DNA from: Prasinococcaceae sp. CCMP 1430
Lineage: Eukaryota; Plantae; Prasinodermophyta
Direction: 5' to 3'
Assembly (NCBI GenBank): GCA_013416795.1
Contig: RQSC01000004.1
Coordinates: 509,554 to 573,553, forward strand
Length of the DNA stretch: 64,000 nt
Shown: in pieces, positions 1-9,913 of the stretch
Numbering within the stretch: position 1 is the first letter of the stretch
Layout: each line of letters starts with the position of its first letter
Notes under the pieces: generated by a model
Seen by the model: the letters and a program-made list of their open reading frames with translations, nothing else
Database searches by the model: none
Told to the model about the DNA's origin: nothing
Program-made: the position numbers and the translations under genes

Positions 1-1091
1 GCGCGCCAATGCTGCCAGCGGAGTGCTTGATCCGCGCGGGCGATGTGCTCATCACGCACAACTTCTGGCACACTGTCGTCAACCTCGAGCCGACCGTGGC
101 CGTGACCTCTAATTTTGTGGACGAGGCCGCGGCAGCCCATTATCTGTGGAAGACTCTCTCGGCCAAGCGGGTCGAATCGGAAGATCTTCGAGACATCCTC
201 GAGCGACTCCTGCGCTCGCGAAACACAGGTATTGCTGATCGCGTCGTTGAGCAATTCATCGGCTGGGCGAAGGCGCGCTGCGGCACGCATGAGCAGGAGC
301 TGGTCGCGCGAGCTGCGGCCAATGCACAGACGTACTGGCTGCTCATCTCGAGCATTGCGAGCGCGGCACCAGCAAGCAAGACGCATGCAGTGCTCGCACT
401 GTCTGCTCAGCTCGAACGCGCGTGCGAGGGGGGCGAGGGCGCGACAGCGATCGCGGCTGCTGCTGCTCAAGATGCTGCTGCTCTCGAGGTTGCGGGCAGG
501 AAGGGCGAGAAGTACGCGGAGCCCAAGGACCAGTCGCAGCATCTGCTGAAGGGAGGGGGCGAAGACGACGTTCACGAGGTGACTCTGAAGGAGCAGATCG
601 AGCTGTCTCGGGGAGCACAGATGCAACAGCCGAAGCTCCACGTCCCTAGCATCGGGGAGCAGAAGCGTGAGCACGAACGCGAGCGGCTGCGCGACGCACA
701 GCAGGCGATGGCGCGCGCACGCGAGGACCCTCAGGGCGTGCCCGCGAACCAGCAATCGCATCCGGTTGGCCAGTTTCTCTCGGGAGCGCGAGCGGACACG
801 GTCGGGTCCAAGGCGCACAGTGATCGTGAGGAAGCGGCCTACGAAGGGGTGACTCAAAAGGAAAAGGCGCATGGTACCAGTGGCGGGGCGCAGGCGTTCA
901 CGCGTGTGCGCCCGCATGTGAGGGCAAGCCTCGATGGCAGCGAGACGCTACCGCTGTACGTAGCGCCAGCGGCAGCAGCGGTGCTGTTTGTGGCCGTACT
1001 TCTGCGCGGCACGATCGTGAGGCGACGGCGAGCAGCGACACGGAACATGAGGCTGCCACACACAGCCCCACGGGCACGAGGGCGCGCGTGA
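1..1091 (+). CDS. JmjC-domain 2-oxoglutarate/Fe(II) oxygenase (JMJD6-like), 3' part, with a C-terminal hydrophobic segment; 5' end outside window
   Basis: N-terminal FWHTVVNLEPTVAVTSNFVD resembles the JmjC C-terminal WWH.VLNL..T.A.T.NF motif (distal metal His retained). C-terminal LYVAPAAAAVLFVAVLLRG followed by RRRR. Confidence 0.7.
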   Translation, partial: APMLPAECLIRAGDVLITHNFWHTVVNLEPTVAVTSNFVDEAAAAHYLWKTLSAKRVESEDLRDILERLLRSRNTGIADRVVEQFIGWAKARCGTHEQELVARAAANAQTYWLLISSIASAAPASKTHAVLALSAQLERACEGGEGATAIAAAAAQDAAALEVAGRKGEKYAEPKDQSQHLLKGGGEDDVHEVTLKEQIELSRGAQMQQPKLHVPSIGEQKREHERERLRDAQQAMARAREDPQGVPANQQSHPVGQFLSGARADTVGSKAHSDREEAAYEGVTQKEKAHGTSGGAQAFTRVRPHVRASLDGSETLPLYVAPAAAAVLFVAVLLRGTIVRRRRAATRNMRLPHTAPRARGRA

Positions 1092-1225
1092 CTGTGTAGG
1101 GGGCGTAATAAGTCACCAAATGAATGCCGCGAGTCGGGCTGCTGGCATGAATTCCAGAATGGCAGGGCAGGGCGCTGGCGCAAACGCACGGCACACGCAT
1201 GCATGCGCGCGAGTTGCGCACACCG

Positions 1226-2921
1226 TCATCGGGCCGAGCACATTGGCCTGTGACCGCGCTCCCAGCCTACGTACTGGTAGCCCGCGCGAGCGCTCCACCA
1301 CAGCTGCGACGCCGTTGGGCAGCAGCGCTCACCCCTGCGCTCGTGGCGTGCGCGTGGGGGCATGGCTTGGCGTTAGCGGCGCGCCCGCATCTCTGCGCAC
1401 ACTTTTGGACCACGCGCTACAGCGGTCGGCGAGGGTATCGCACAGTCATCTTCGGCCGCGCTCCCTTGCGCGAACGCACGCGCGAACGTGGGCGCACACG
1501 CACCGCTCTCCCTCTCCGCCAATCCCCAGCCTTTGGAAGAAATCCTCCCCGAGCAGCGGGTGACGCCAGAACGTCGCAGTGCGCCGCGATCGCCCGCCAA
1601 TCACGCGTGTCTCTCGCGCTCGCGTCGCCAGCAGGTAGCTAGCGTAGCTGTGTTGCGCGGCGAGGGCGCACGCGCTCAGCGGGTCAGCGCGTTGTACGTG
1701 AGCGCTTGTGGTCAAGCGTGCATGCGCGCACAGCCGCAGTTGGCTTCGGGCACACGCGCACACGCCTCGCCGGTGCACGTACGTCTGATACTCGGAGAAC
1801 CCAAGCCGCGGGTCTGTCGACGCGAGCGCTGCGTCTAGGATTCGCCACGCCCACGGAGAGTCAGAGCTCGCGGCCGGCACGTCGGCACCACGGAGCAGAT
1901 CGAGCTCCTCCCCCTCCCTGCCACCGCCGCCGCCTATTACTCCCAAGAGCTCCTGCGCGAACGGCGCCGAAGCAGGGCGCGCCCCCGCATCGCACGTCCA
2001 GGCAGCAGCGCGTCAGCGTGCTGGCACGGCGAGTCAGAGCGCAGCGGTATGCCAACACGCACGTACCTGCACGACATCTCTCCTAAACAGCATCGCGTTG
2101 GAGACATAGCTCGAGCCGTCCGGCGCATATGCGCTCGGCACGCGCGCGAGGCCTGCTACGGCCGCGTCATATGCGCGCACGGCGTTACCGCCGGCGTGCA
2201 GCAGCGTCACTTGCGCCCCCACGCTGCCGGGTGCATGCGAAAACGACTCAAACGACGGTGTCCGCAGCGCAATCATGTCCATGTCCCAGACGACGAATCT
2301 CGAGCTAAGGTCTTGCAGCTGTGGGTGGGGCGAGACCGCCGCGCCCAGCTTGAGCAGCTGCTGCATGTACCAACCACCGAGCGTGCGGCCCGAGTACACT
2401 GAAGCTGCGCCGTCGTCGCCACGACGCTTGTCGAAGTACGCGTCAAGCGCCGCGCGCGTGACACCCGGTAGGACGCTATCCTCAGATACGCAGCGCACAC
2501 GTAAGTGGGCCGCGTGCTCCGCTGCGAGGTCCGCGCATGCGGCCGCATCGGCAGCCAGCAGCACTACCGAGCGAGGACGCACGAACTTGGCCACGGAAAA
2601 CAGCACGGCGCGGGTCACGCAGGAGGGCGCGGCGAGCGTGCCGACGACGTCGGTGTCCGCATAGGGGCTATCGTGAGCGCCTGAGAAGACAGACGCGCCT
2701 TTGTCACTGCCGCTCCCGTTGCCTTGACCGCCCGCCCGTGGCAGTGCCCTCTCGCACCTGGCGTCCCGTTGCGCTGCGGTCGCGCATCGCGGCGGCGAAG
2801 CAGTGCGCCATGCGGCAAGCGCGAGCAGCGCGAGCGCCGCGAGCGGCGCTGCTGCTGCTGCCCGCCCTTGAAGACGTCGCACCAGCCGGGGGGTACGTCG
2901 CTCCGCGCCGGCGCGTGCCAT
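1226..2921 (-). CDS. DUF6492-like putative glycosyltransferase, type II membrane protein, 4 exons (approx. 2921-2067, 1952-1783, 1647-~1504, ~1336-1226)
   Basis: Splicing at GTACGT/GTGCGT...CAG gives GWYMQQLLKLGAA...FVVWDMDMI (DxD)...FRRDVVQ|ELL...FSEYQT|YASY...GYQYVGWERGH. N-terminal signal anchor AAPLAALALLALAAW. Confidence 0.7.
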
Positions 2922-3540
2922 CGCCCCGCGCCAGCGGCGGGGCGCGCCGTGTGGCGGCGGTTCGGTTGCCGTCACACGCGCCACCACTGGGGGCGCGCCC
3001 GGGGAACTGCCTCAAAAAAGGGGGTACAGGAGTGGGGGGCGAGGGCCAGCGGTGGCGAAGCTCGCGCGCCGCACCGCGTGCGGCAAGCAGCCGCGGCGGC
3101 CGCGGCTTCAAGACACGCGAGAGCACACGCAACGCACGCGCTCGCGTGGTAGCGCACGCAGCGCACGCCTGGCGCGACGTCACACGTGCATGCCCACAGC
3201 TCCTGACGCGCCAGCGCCTCGAATAGCCATACAACATTCACAAGGGATCCACAGAGCGACTGCGCGAGCCTCGCACGTGATGCACGCGCGCGCTAGGCGC
3301 ACAGGCGGCGACGCAACGCCCGTCGCGAGGGCTCCTGCCTGAAGCCACGCCGAGCAGAGGGCGTCCCAGTCGTTTCCATTCTTGCTCTAGAGTGCGTTTC
3401 CTGGCTGCTTCCTCTTTCTTCCAACACACCTCCGATGCAGCAGCAGTGCGGCCCGCCTCGCCACGCCGCGCGCGGGTAGTCGGCCACCCGCCGGTCAACC
3501 CCGCCGCGGGCATCGATCTGAGGTAGCACCTGCGTCGTAA

Positions 3541-5662
3541 TTAGGGAAATCCCGAGAACGCGCCGCGCCTGGTCTGTGGGGTCCCGGGCCTCTGCGCCAC
3601 TCCTCTGCCCTTGTCCGCCGGTTTGAGGATCTGGAAGCTGCACATGAGCGTCTCGTCGACTGACATCATCGCGCCCGCGTTGTCGAACTCGCCGCAGTAG
3701 TTTGGCGCCGAGAACACAGTCACCAGCTGTCGCTCAGCGAAGAACTCGTAGCCGTGCTCGACCACCTGGTGCGCCCGCACAACTAGGTCGAAGTTGAAAT
3801 GGTTGAGGAATTCCGTCACGACCTGCTTGCCAAAGACGTAGCTCACTCCTCTGTCGTTCTCGCCCCACCCCAGAATGTCTGGGTCTGGGTCAGCCCATAG
3901 GAAGTCGCACAACATGCCGTTGTCCGGGATGTCGGTAGGCCGCGGGATGTTTTGAATCTGCTCGAGGTTCTTCAGTTCGGGGCTCAGGCCGCCGTGGATG
4001 CAGAAGATGCGCTCGTCCACAACCGCAGCGAACGGCAGGCAGTTGAAGACGTCCATGAACATCTTCCAGGTCTTGATGTTGAACCTGCGCTTCACCTCGT
4101 CATAGAAGCCATAGATGCGGCTGATGGAGGCGCTTTCGTGGTTGCCGCGCAGCATGTGGAAGCAGTCGGGGTACTTGATCTTGTAACACAACAACAGCAT
4201 AGTCACCTCGACACCGTTGCGACCGCGGTCCACATAGTCGCCCAGGAAGAGGTACGAGGTGTTCGGCGGGTAGCCACCGTACTCAAATAGACGGAGCAGG
4301 TCGCTGAACTGGCCATGGATGTCTCCGCAGATTTTCACCGGCGCACTCAGCTCGAGCATACATGGCTGCTCGAGGAAGATCGCCCTACGGGTGTGCGCGC
4401 GATGGCGATGAGCGGGCGACCGAGCGACCGAGCGAGCGCGGGGTTGTCAGCAGTGCGATGACTTGCACAGCGTGCGGCGCCGCAATGCGCCGCGCTGCTG
4501 GTCTACTGCGCCTCCATGGTGCGCATCGCAGCGCGAGCTGAAGAGTCCGCAGATAGGAGGGGCGAAGGCCGCGCGACCTCTCTCCCGGCCGCAGGCCGAC
4601 GCGCTGCCGCCGCCCGCGATAACGCCCCCATGCGCCGAGACTGCCGCAACGTTCCCCTCCTTGCCACGGCACGCCGCACATGCCCGCGCAGGTGCCAGCG
4701 CCGCCCGCCCTAAGCGCACTCCTTCTCAAAAAAACGCTCGCAGGAGGGGCGCGGGGAAAAAAGTTGGTCGCGCGCTCACGGGAGCGCGCGCGAGACGCGC
4801 ACCAGCGCCCCTCCGCGCGCGCGCGTGGGGGGGCGCGCGCGCCTGCCCGCGCGCCCATGCTGACGGGCACACGCGTCTCTTTCGGTCGGAGATGGGCGCA
4901 GGGGGAGGGGCACGGGGGGCATGGGACACGGGCGCGCGCCAAAAGGATGCCGCGAGCTCGCGCGCGCACGGCGTGCCAATTTTTTTTCTCGCGGGCGATT
5001 TTTCCGAGCGAGTTTTTTCGCAGATGAACGCCCCGCGCCACCCCGCGCCGCGCCCCACCCCCCATCAGCGCCGCGCGTGGTCCTGGCTCACCCCACCCTC
5101 CGCCGCCGGCGCGTCCGATCGAGCGCGCGAGGTGCGCGGCGCGACGTACTTTGCCTTGGCGCACACGGTGCGGACCTCATCCTCGCTCAGCGGCACCGAC
5201 CGCTGTTGAAGCGCGTGCGCGCATTGGCGGGCGAGCCGCGGGCAGGGCGCGGGTCAGCGTCGCACCAACGCGTGCAAGCAGGGGGGAGATGAGGGGGTAA
5301 GGGGAGGCTCGAAAGGGGTGGGGTTGAGGAGCGGCATCTCGTTTACGCAACGCCCCGCGTGCGCATGCGCGGACGAGCGTGGTGCGAGTGGCCTTGGGGT
5401 GGGGGGTGGGGGGGGGTGCGCCGCGCCTGCGCTTGACCACCCCAAAGACGAGCACAGGAATTCGCCGGTGCGCGAGAAACGCCCTGCGACTGGGCGCGGC
5501 GCGCGCGGGGTGCGTGTCGGCGCGCGCGCGCGCGTCGCCCCGGCGTACCTGCGTCCTGTTGCCCCCAGCGCCAATGAGGCGGTTGATTAGGTCGTCGATG
5601 AGGTCGTCCCCCTTTGACGCCGTCGCGGCGCGGTCGGCCGCGCTCGCGCCCGACAGCGACAT
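3541..5662 (-). CDS. PP1: Serine/threonine protein phosphatase PP1 catalytic subunit, 3 exons (5662-5549, 5202-5150, 4384-3541)
   Basis: PPP motifs [35 protein letters not shown]. Exons join in frame through canonical GTACGC/GTACGT...AG introns. Confidence 0.97.
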
Positions 5663-5710
5663 AATAATTCTCTGTACCCCCCCCCCCCCCAAGCTGCCGC
5701 GTGCCGCCTT

Positions 5711-6979
5711 TTAGGCCGACGCGGGCGGCACGAAGACGTACATGTCCTTCCCCTCGGGCCCCGCCTTGGCGGGCTCCTTCTTGACGGCGATGCACTGGCG
5801 CGCGACGCGCCACATGGCCTTGTGCACGGGCGTGGGGTCGTAGAGGTAGTACTCCGGGAAGGTCGTCTTGAGCGCCTCGGTGGCCTTCTTGGCATGGTAG
5901 TGGGGGATGGTGCAGTCGACGTGGTGGGCGACGTGCGTCGAGCCGATGCGGTGGTGCAGGAAGTCGAAGACGGGGCCGTAGGGGCGATCGATGGTCATGA
6001 GAGCGCCCTTGATGAAGTTCCAGTCCTTCTGCTCGAAGTGCGGCACGTCGGTGTCGGTGTGCTGCAGCCACGTGTAGAGCACCAGCCAGACGTTGGTGAA
6101 GGTGAGTGGCAGCGCGTACACGCACAGCACCTTGGCGATGCCCGCCACCGACGCCCACTTGGCGAGCCCCAGCGCCATAGCGACGATGCCCACGTCGGAG
6201 AGCCACACCTTCTTCTTCCACTGCTTCGACTCGAAGAGCGCGTCCGAGAAGGGCCGCGTGGGGATGAAGTGGTTGGTGGTGCCGCGCGAGGTGCCGCCCG
6301 TGGCGCCCCACAGCAGGTACGCCGGCCAGCCGAACACCAGGTGCGAGAACAGCCTGAACACCGCGTAGGGCGCGCCCACCTTGCCCATGAGCTTCACCTT
6401 GCCCTCGCCCTTGGCGTCGTACTGGTAGGGCACGTGCGTCTCGCCGTCCACCGTGTGGTTCGTCTTGGAGTGGTGGATGGCGTGCGACCGCTGCCACGAG
6501 AAGTACGGCACGAGCAGCGCGGTGTGCAGGATGTACCCCACGGTGTCCTGCAGCTTGCGGTTGTTGGAGAAGGCGTTGTGGCCGCACTCGTGCGCGATCA
6601 CCCAGCAGCCGGTGGCCACCGTGCCCGTCACGGCGCCGTAGAGCAGCCACAGCGGCGCCGCCGCCCACGTCATCGGGATGAGGCCGCTCAGGCCCACCGC
6701 GCCGCACGCGAGCGTCATGGCGGTGGAGGTCGCCGCGTACGCCATCGAGCGCAGGGTGTCCTTCTCGAAGCACTCCTTGGGGATGGAGTCGATCACCTCC
6801 TTGCGCGAGGGGAACTCGGTCGCCGCCGCGCGGATCGCCTGGCCGTTCATCCCCGACATCAACACGGGCACGCCAGGGAGGACCTCCTCCACCGTCGGCA
6901 GGGCCGCCACCGCCGCGGCGGCGGCGGCGTCAGTGCCGGCCTCACCGCCCGCGACGGTAGGCAGGGTTTCCACGGCGAC
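5711..6979 (-). CDS. FAD2: Delta-12/omega-6 fatty acid desaturase; true start not found (5' end uncertain)
   Basis: Three His boxes HECGH, HAIHH, HVAHH; TYLQHT-like TWLQHT and DRPYG. An acceptor-like CTCACTCAG lies just upstream and there is no N-terminal ATG. Confidence 0.92.
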   Translation of the reverse strand, partial: VAVETLPTVAGGEAGTDAAAAAAVAALPTVEEVLPGVPVLMSGMNGQAIRAAATEFPSRKEVIDSIPKECFEKDTLRSMAYAATSTAMTLACGAVGLSGLIPMTWAAAPLWLLYGAVTGTVATGCWVIAHECGHNAFSNNRKLQDTVGYILHTALLVPYFSWQRSHAIHHSKTNHTVDGETHVPYQYDAKGEGKVKLMGKVGAPYAVFRLFSHLVFGWPAYLLWGATGGTSRGTTNHFIPTRPFSDALFESKQWKKKVWLSDVGIVAMALGLAKWASVAGIAKVLCVYALPLTFTNVWLVLYTWLQHTDTDVPHFEQKDWNFIKGALMTIDRPYGPVFDFLHHRIGSTHVAHHVDCTIPHYHAKKATEALKTTFPEYYLYDPTPVHKAMWRVARQCIAVKKEPAKAGPEGKDMYVFVPPASA

Positions 6980-6987
6980 CTGAGTGA

Positions 6988-9816
6988 GGACGAGCGCCGC
7001 GCGCTGGTGGCCTCGGCGGTGGGCGAGGGGGGAGTGGCCGCGGGCGCGGCCGCGGCCGCAGCGCGCGGCCGCTGGGCCGCACGGAGAAGGCCAAGGCGGC
7101 GCGCGAGCGAGAGCAGGAGGAAATCGCGCAGCTCGAGGCGGTGCTCTCTGGCACGGACCCTCACGACATCGTCGCGAGCCTGCGAGCGTCGGCTACCGCA
7201 CCTCGCGGCGGCGATGGGGAGAGCGCATCCATCACCGGACACGGCGCGTTCGCGGACCTGCCGCTGTCGGAGCGGACGCAGTCAGCACTCGCGGCAGCGG
7301 GCTTCGAGTCGCTCACCGCCATCCAGGCGGCGACGCTGCCGCTCGCGCTCGCCGGGCGCGACGTGCTCGGCGCGGCCAAGACGGGCTCGGGAAAGTCGCT
7401 GGCATTTCTGATTCCCGTGGTGGAGCGCCTGTACCGGCTGCGCTGGACGCGCCAGGACGGAGTGGGCGCGCTCGTGCTCTCGCCCACGCGCGAGCTCGCC
7501 AAGCAGATATTCGTCGAGCTGCGCAAGGTGGCCAACCAGCACACGTTGACCGCCGCCCTGCTCACCGGTGGCAAGGACGTGCTCATGGAGCGCCAGGCGG
7601 TCGCCAGCACCAACGTGGTGGTCGCGACGCCCGGCCGCCTGCTGCAACACATGGACGAGAGCCCCGAGTTCGACACGGGGCGAGTGGAGGTGCTCGTGCT
7701 CGACGAGGCTGACCGCTGCCTTGACATGGGCTTTGCTGCGGCGCTCGAGGCCATCCTGGAAAACATCCCGCGCGGGCGCCAGACGCTGCTCTTCTCGGCC
7801 ACGCAGACGAAGTCCGTCAAGAGCCTCGCGCGTCTCAGCCTGCGCTCGCCCGAGTACGTCTCCGTGCACGAGGCCGCCGCCGCGCCCACCCCCGTCAGCC
7901 TCAAGCAGGCGTACACCACGTGCAACCTCGAGCAAAAGGTGGAGGTGCTTCTGTCGTTCGTGCGCTCGCATCGGCAGGTCAAGACGGTGGTGTTCATGAC
8001 CAGTTGCAAGCAGGTGCAATTCATGACCGACCTGCTCAAGCGCCTGCGGCCGGGCGTGAGCGTGCAGTGCCTGCACGGGCGCATGAAGCAGCCGCGGCGC
8101 GCGGCCACGGTTGAAAAGTTCGCCAACGAGCCCGCGATGCTGCTGCTTGCGACAGATGTCGCCGCGCGTGGCCTCGACTTTCCGGCGGTCGACTGGGTGC
8201 TGCAGATGGATTGCCCCGAGGACGTGGACCAATACATCCACCGAGTGGGGCGCACTTCGCGAGCTGGGCGCGACGGCTCTGCGCTGCTTCTTCTCACCCC
8301 GCGCGAGGGCCCGCCCTTTCTGGAGCGCCTGCGCGCCCGCGGCGTGCCCATCCGGGGCACGAAGCTCAACCTGGCCCAGGCGCAGCCGGGCGCGGCCGCC
8401 CCGCTGGAGGGGCCGGACCACAAAGGCCGCAAGGCGTTCAACGCAGCGGGGAAGGTGGCGAGCGCGGTCGCGCAGGACGCGAAGCTCAAGGAGGGTGCCG
8501 CCAAGGCCTTTGGATCGTACCTCAAGAGCGTGACGCAGCTAGGCGACCCCGCCGTTTTCGAGCGAGACATCACCAAGTACCCTTTGGAGAAGTTCGCCTT
8601 GAGCCTTGGCATGCCCTCCGTGCCGAGGTCGCGCTTCCTCAAGGCGGCGCTGCGGGAGGCTGGGGGCGGCACGGGCGGCGTGGATGGCGAGGGCGCCGAC
8701 GGCGCCAATGGTGATGGCAGCGACGCTGACAGTGGCGACGAGCGCGAGCTTGAGCGCGGCGATGGCGCCGGCCTGTTCGACCGAGCCGGCGGCAGCGACG
8801 GAAGCGACGGGAGTGACGCCGAGGGCGAGGGCGGCGATGTGTTCGCGATGCGCCGCCGCGACGTGCAGGATGAGGACATCGACAAGGCGCTTGCGAGCGA
8901 GGGGCTTGTGCACGTCGCTGGACCGAAGAACGACAAGAAGCGCAAGCGCCAGCGCATAACGAACGATGGCAAGATCAAGTCGTTTGCGGGCACGAAGGTT
9001 GTGTTCAACGAGGAGGGCGACGCGCTCGATCCCCTTGCGCTCCTCTCGCAGACGGGCCTCGAGGAGGCCAAGGAAGAGGCTCGTGCCAAGCGTACGCGCG
9101 AGGAAACGCAGGGGGGGCTGGTCAACACTGCGCTGCTGCTGGGAGAAGAGAAAGAGGCTGAGGAGCGACGACAGATGCTGGCTGCGCGCGGTGCAGGTGG
9201 CAAGAAGAGCACCAAGATCACCTTCGACTACAGCGACGCCAGCGAAAGCGAGGGCGAGGGCGACGACAGGGACGGCTCCGACGATGACAACGTCAGCGAT
9301 GACAGCGAGGGCGAAGAAGCGCAGCCCATGGAGTACGAGAGCGAGGAGGAGGGAGACGAATTTGTGAAGGCGCGTGCTCGCCCAGCGCCAGCGGGCGTCG
9401 ACTCGGACAAGGTCTCCTCTCACTTCGCCGCCCTGCGCGCGCGCATAAAGGAGGCGGACGCCGAGGATGTGGCCACGCTCAAGGCCCGTCTCAAGGAGCA
9501 GCGCCTCAAGAAGAAGAACAAGCTCAAGGCCCTTGCGGGCGACGAGCCAGCGCAGGCCATGCTGGCCGACGAGGACGGTGGAATGGTCACGCTCGGCGGC
9601 GCGGAGTACTCTGACGAGAGCAGCGAGTCTGAAGGCGATGACAGTGATCGTGAGCGCAGCGGTGGCGAGGGTGGGCGCAGCTCCGACTCCAGCAGTGAAG
9701 ACGACAGCGAGGACGAGGAGGACACGCGCTTCGGCGCACGGCAGCGCCGCGCGGCTGCCGCGGCTGCGAGCATCCAAGACCAGGAGGCGCTGGCACTCAA
9801 GATGCTGCGCCGCTGA
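6988..9816 (+). CDS. DDX10: DEAD-box RNA helicase DDX10/Dbp4 (18S rRNA biogenesis); no in-frame ATG at 5' end
   Basis: AKTGSGKS, PTRELA, TPGRLLQH, LDEAD, SAT, ATDVAARGLD, HRVGRT. Context YRLRWTRQDGVGAL and the C-terminal EALALKML are typical of Dbp4. The frame stays open back to a TGA at 6985. Confidence 0.93.
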   Translation, partial: GRAPRAGGLGGGRGGSGRGRGRGRSARPLGRTEKAKAAREREQEEIAQLEAVLSGTDPHDIVASLRASATAPRGGDGESASITGHGAFADLPLSERTQSALAAAGFESLTAIQAATLPLALAGRDVLGAAKTGSGKSLAFLIPVVERLYRLRWTRQDGVGALVLSPTRELAKQIFVELRKVANQHTLTAALLTGGKDVLMERQAVASTNVVVATPGRLLQHMDESPEFDTGRVEVLVLDEADRCLDMGFAAALEAILENIPRGRQTLLFSATQTKSVKSLARLSLRSPEYVSVHEAAAAPTPVSLKQAYTTCNLEQKVEVLLSFVRSHRQVKTVVFMTSCKQVQFMTDLLKRLRPGVSVQCLHGRMKQPRRAATVEKFANEPAMLLLATDVAARGLDFPAVDWVLQMDCPEDVDQYIHRVGRTSRAGRDGSALLLLTPREGPPFLERLRARGVPIRGTKLNLAQAQPGAAAPLEGPDHKGRKAFNAAGKVASAVAQDAKLKEGAAKAFGSYLKSVTQLGDPAVFERDITKYPLEKFALSLGMPSVPRSRFLKAALREAGGGTGGVDGEGADGANGDGSDADSGDERELERGDGAGLFDRAGGSDGSDGSDAEGEGGDVFAMRRRDVQDEDIDKALASEGLVHVAGPKNDKKRKRQRITNDGKIKSFAGTKVVFNEEGDALDPLALLSQTGLEEAKEEARAKRTREETQGGLVNTALLLGEEKEAEERRQMLAARGAGGKKSTKITFDYSDASESEGEGDDRDGSDDDNVSDDSEGEEAQPMEYESEEEGDEFVKARARPAPAGVDSDKVSSHFAALRARIKEADAEDVATLKARLKEQRLKKKNKLKALAGDEPAQAMLADEDGGMVTLGGAEYSDESSESEGDDSDRERSGGEGGRSSDSSSEDDSEDEEDTRFGARQRRAAAAAASIQDQEALALKMLRR

Positions 9817-9913
9817 CGTGAGTAACATATGTTTGTGTGTACGCAGGACGTCGCGTCGGCGCGGCTCAGTAGCGTGGTGTATTATGGCAATGTGCACACC
9901 GCAGCACGCGCGC

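Noticed and set aside
1953-2066. Introner-like (transposon-derived) introns
   Set aside because: Comparing the introns in the window showed only splice and branch consensus, with no shared internal sequence or terminal repeats.
4440-4560. Possible intronic H/ACA snoRNA in PP1 intron 2 (AGACCA, hairpin, ACA); similar hairpins in the RPL36 intron (45180-45235)
   Set aside because: The ACA overlaps a CTGAC branch-like motif, the pocket geometry is poor, and hairpins are trivial at this GC content. A covariance-model search would be needed.
7161-9221. Long antisense/shadow ORFs (686 aa here; also 5822-7411, 10169-11971, 18444-20129, 22262-24328, 32023-33570, 39339-41213)
   Set aside because: They mirror real genes on the opposite strand or frame, are low-complexity R/A/S/P-rich, and are expected from stop-codon scarcity at high GC.
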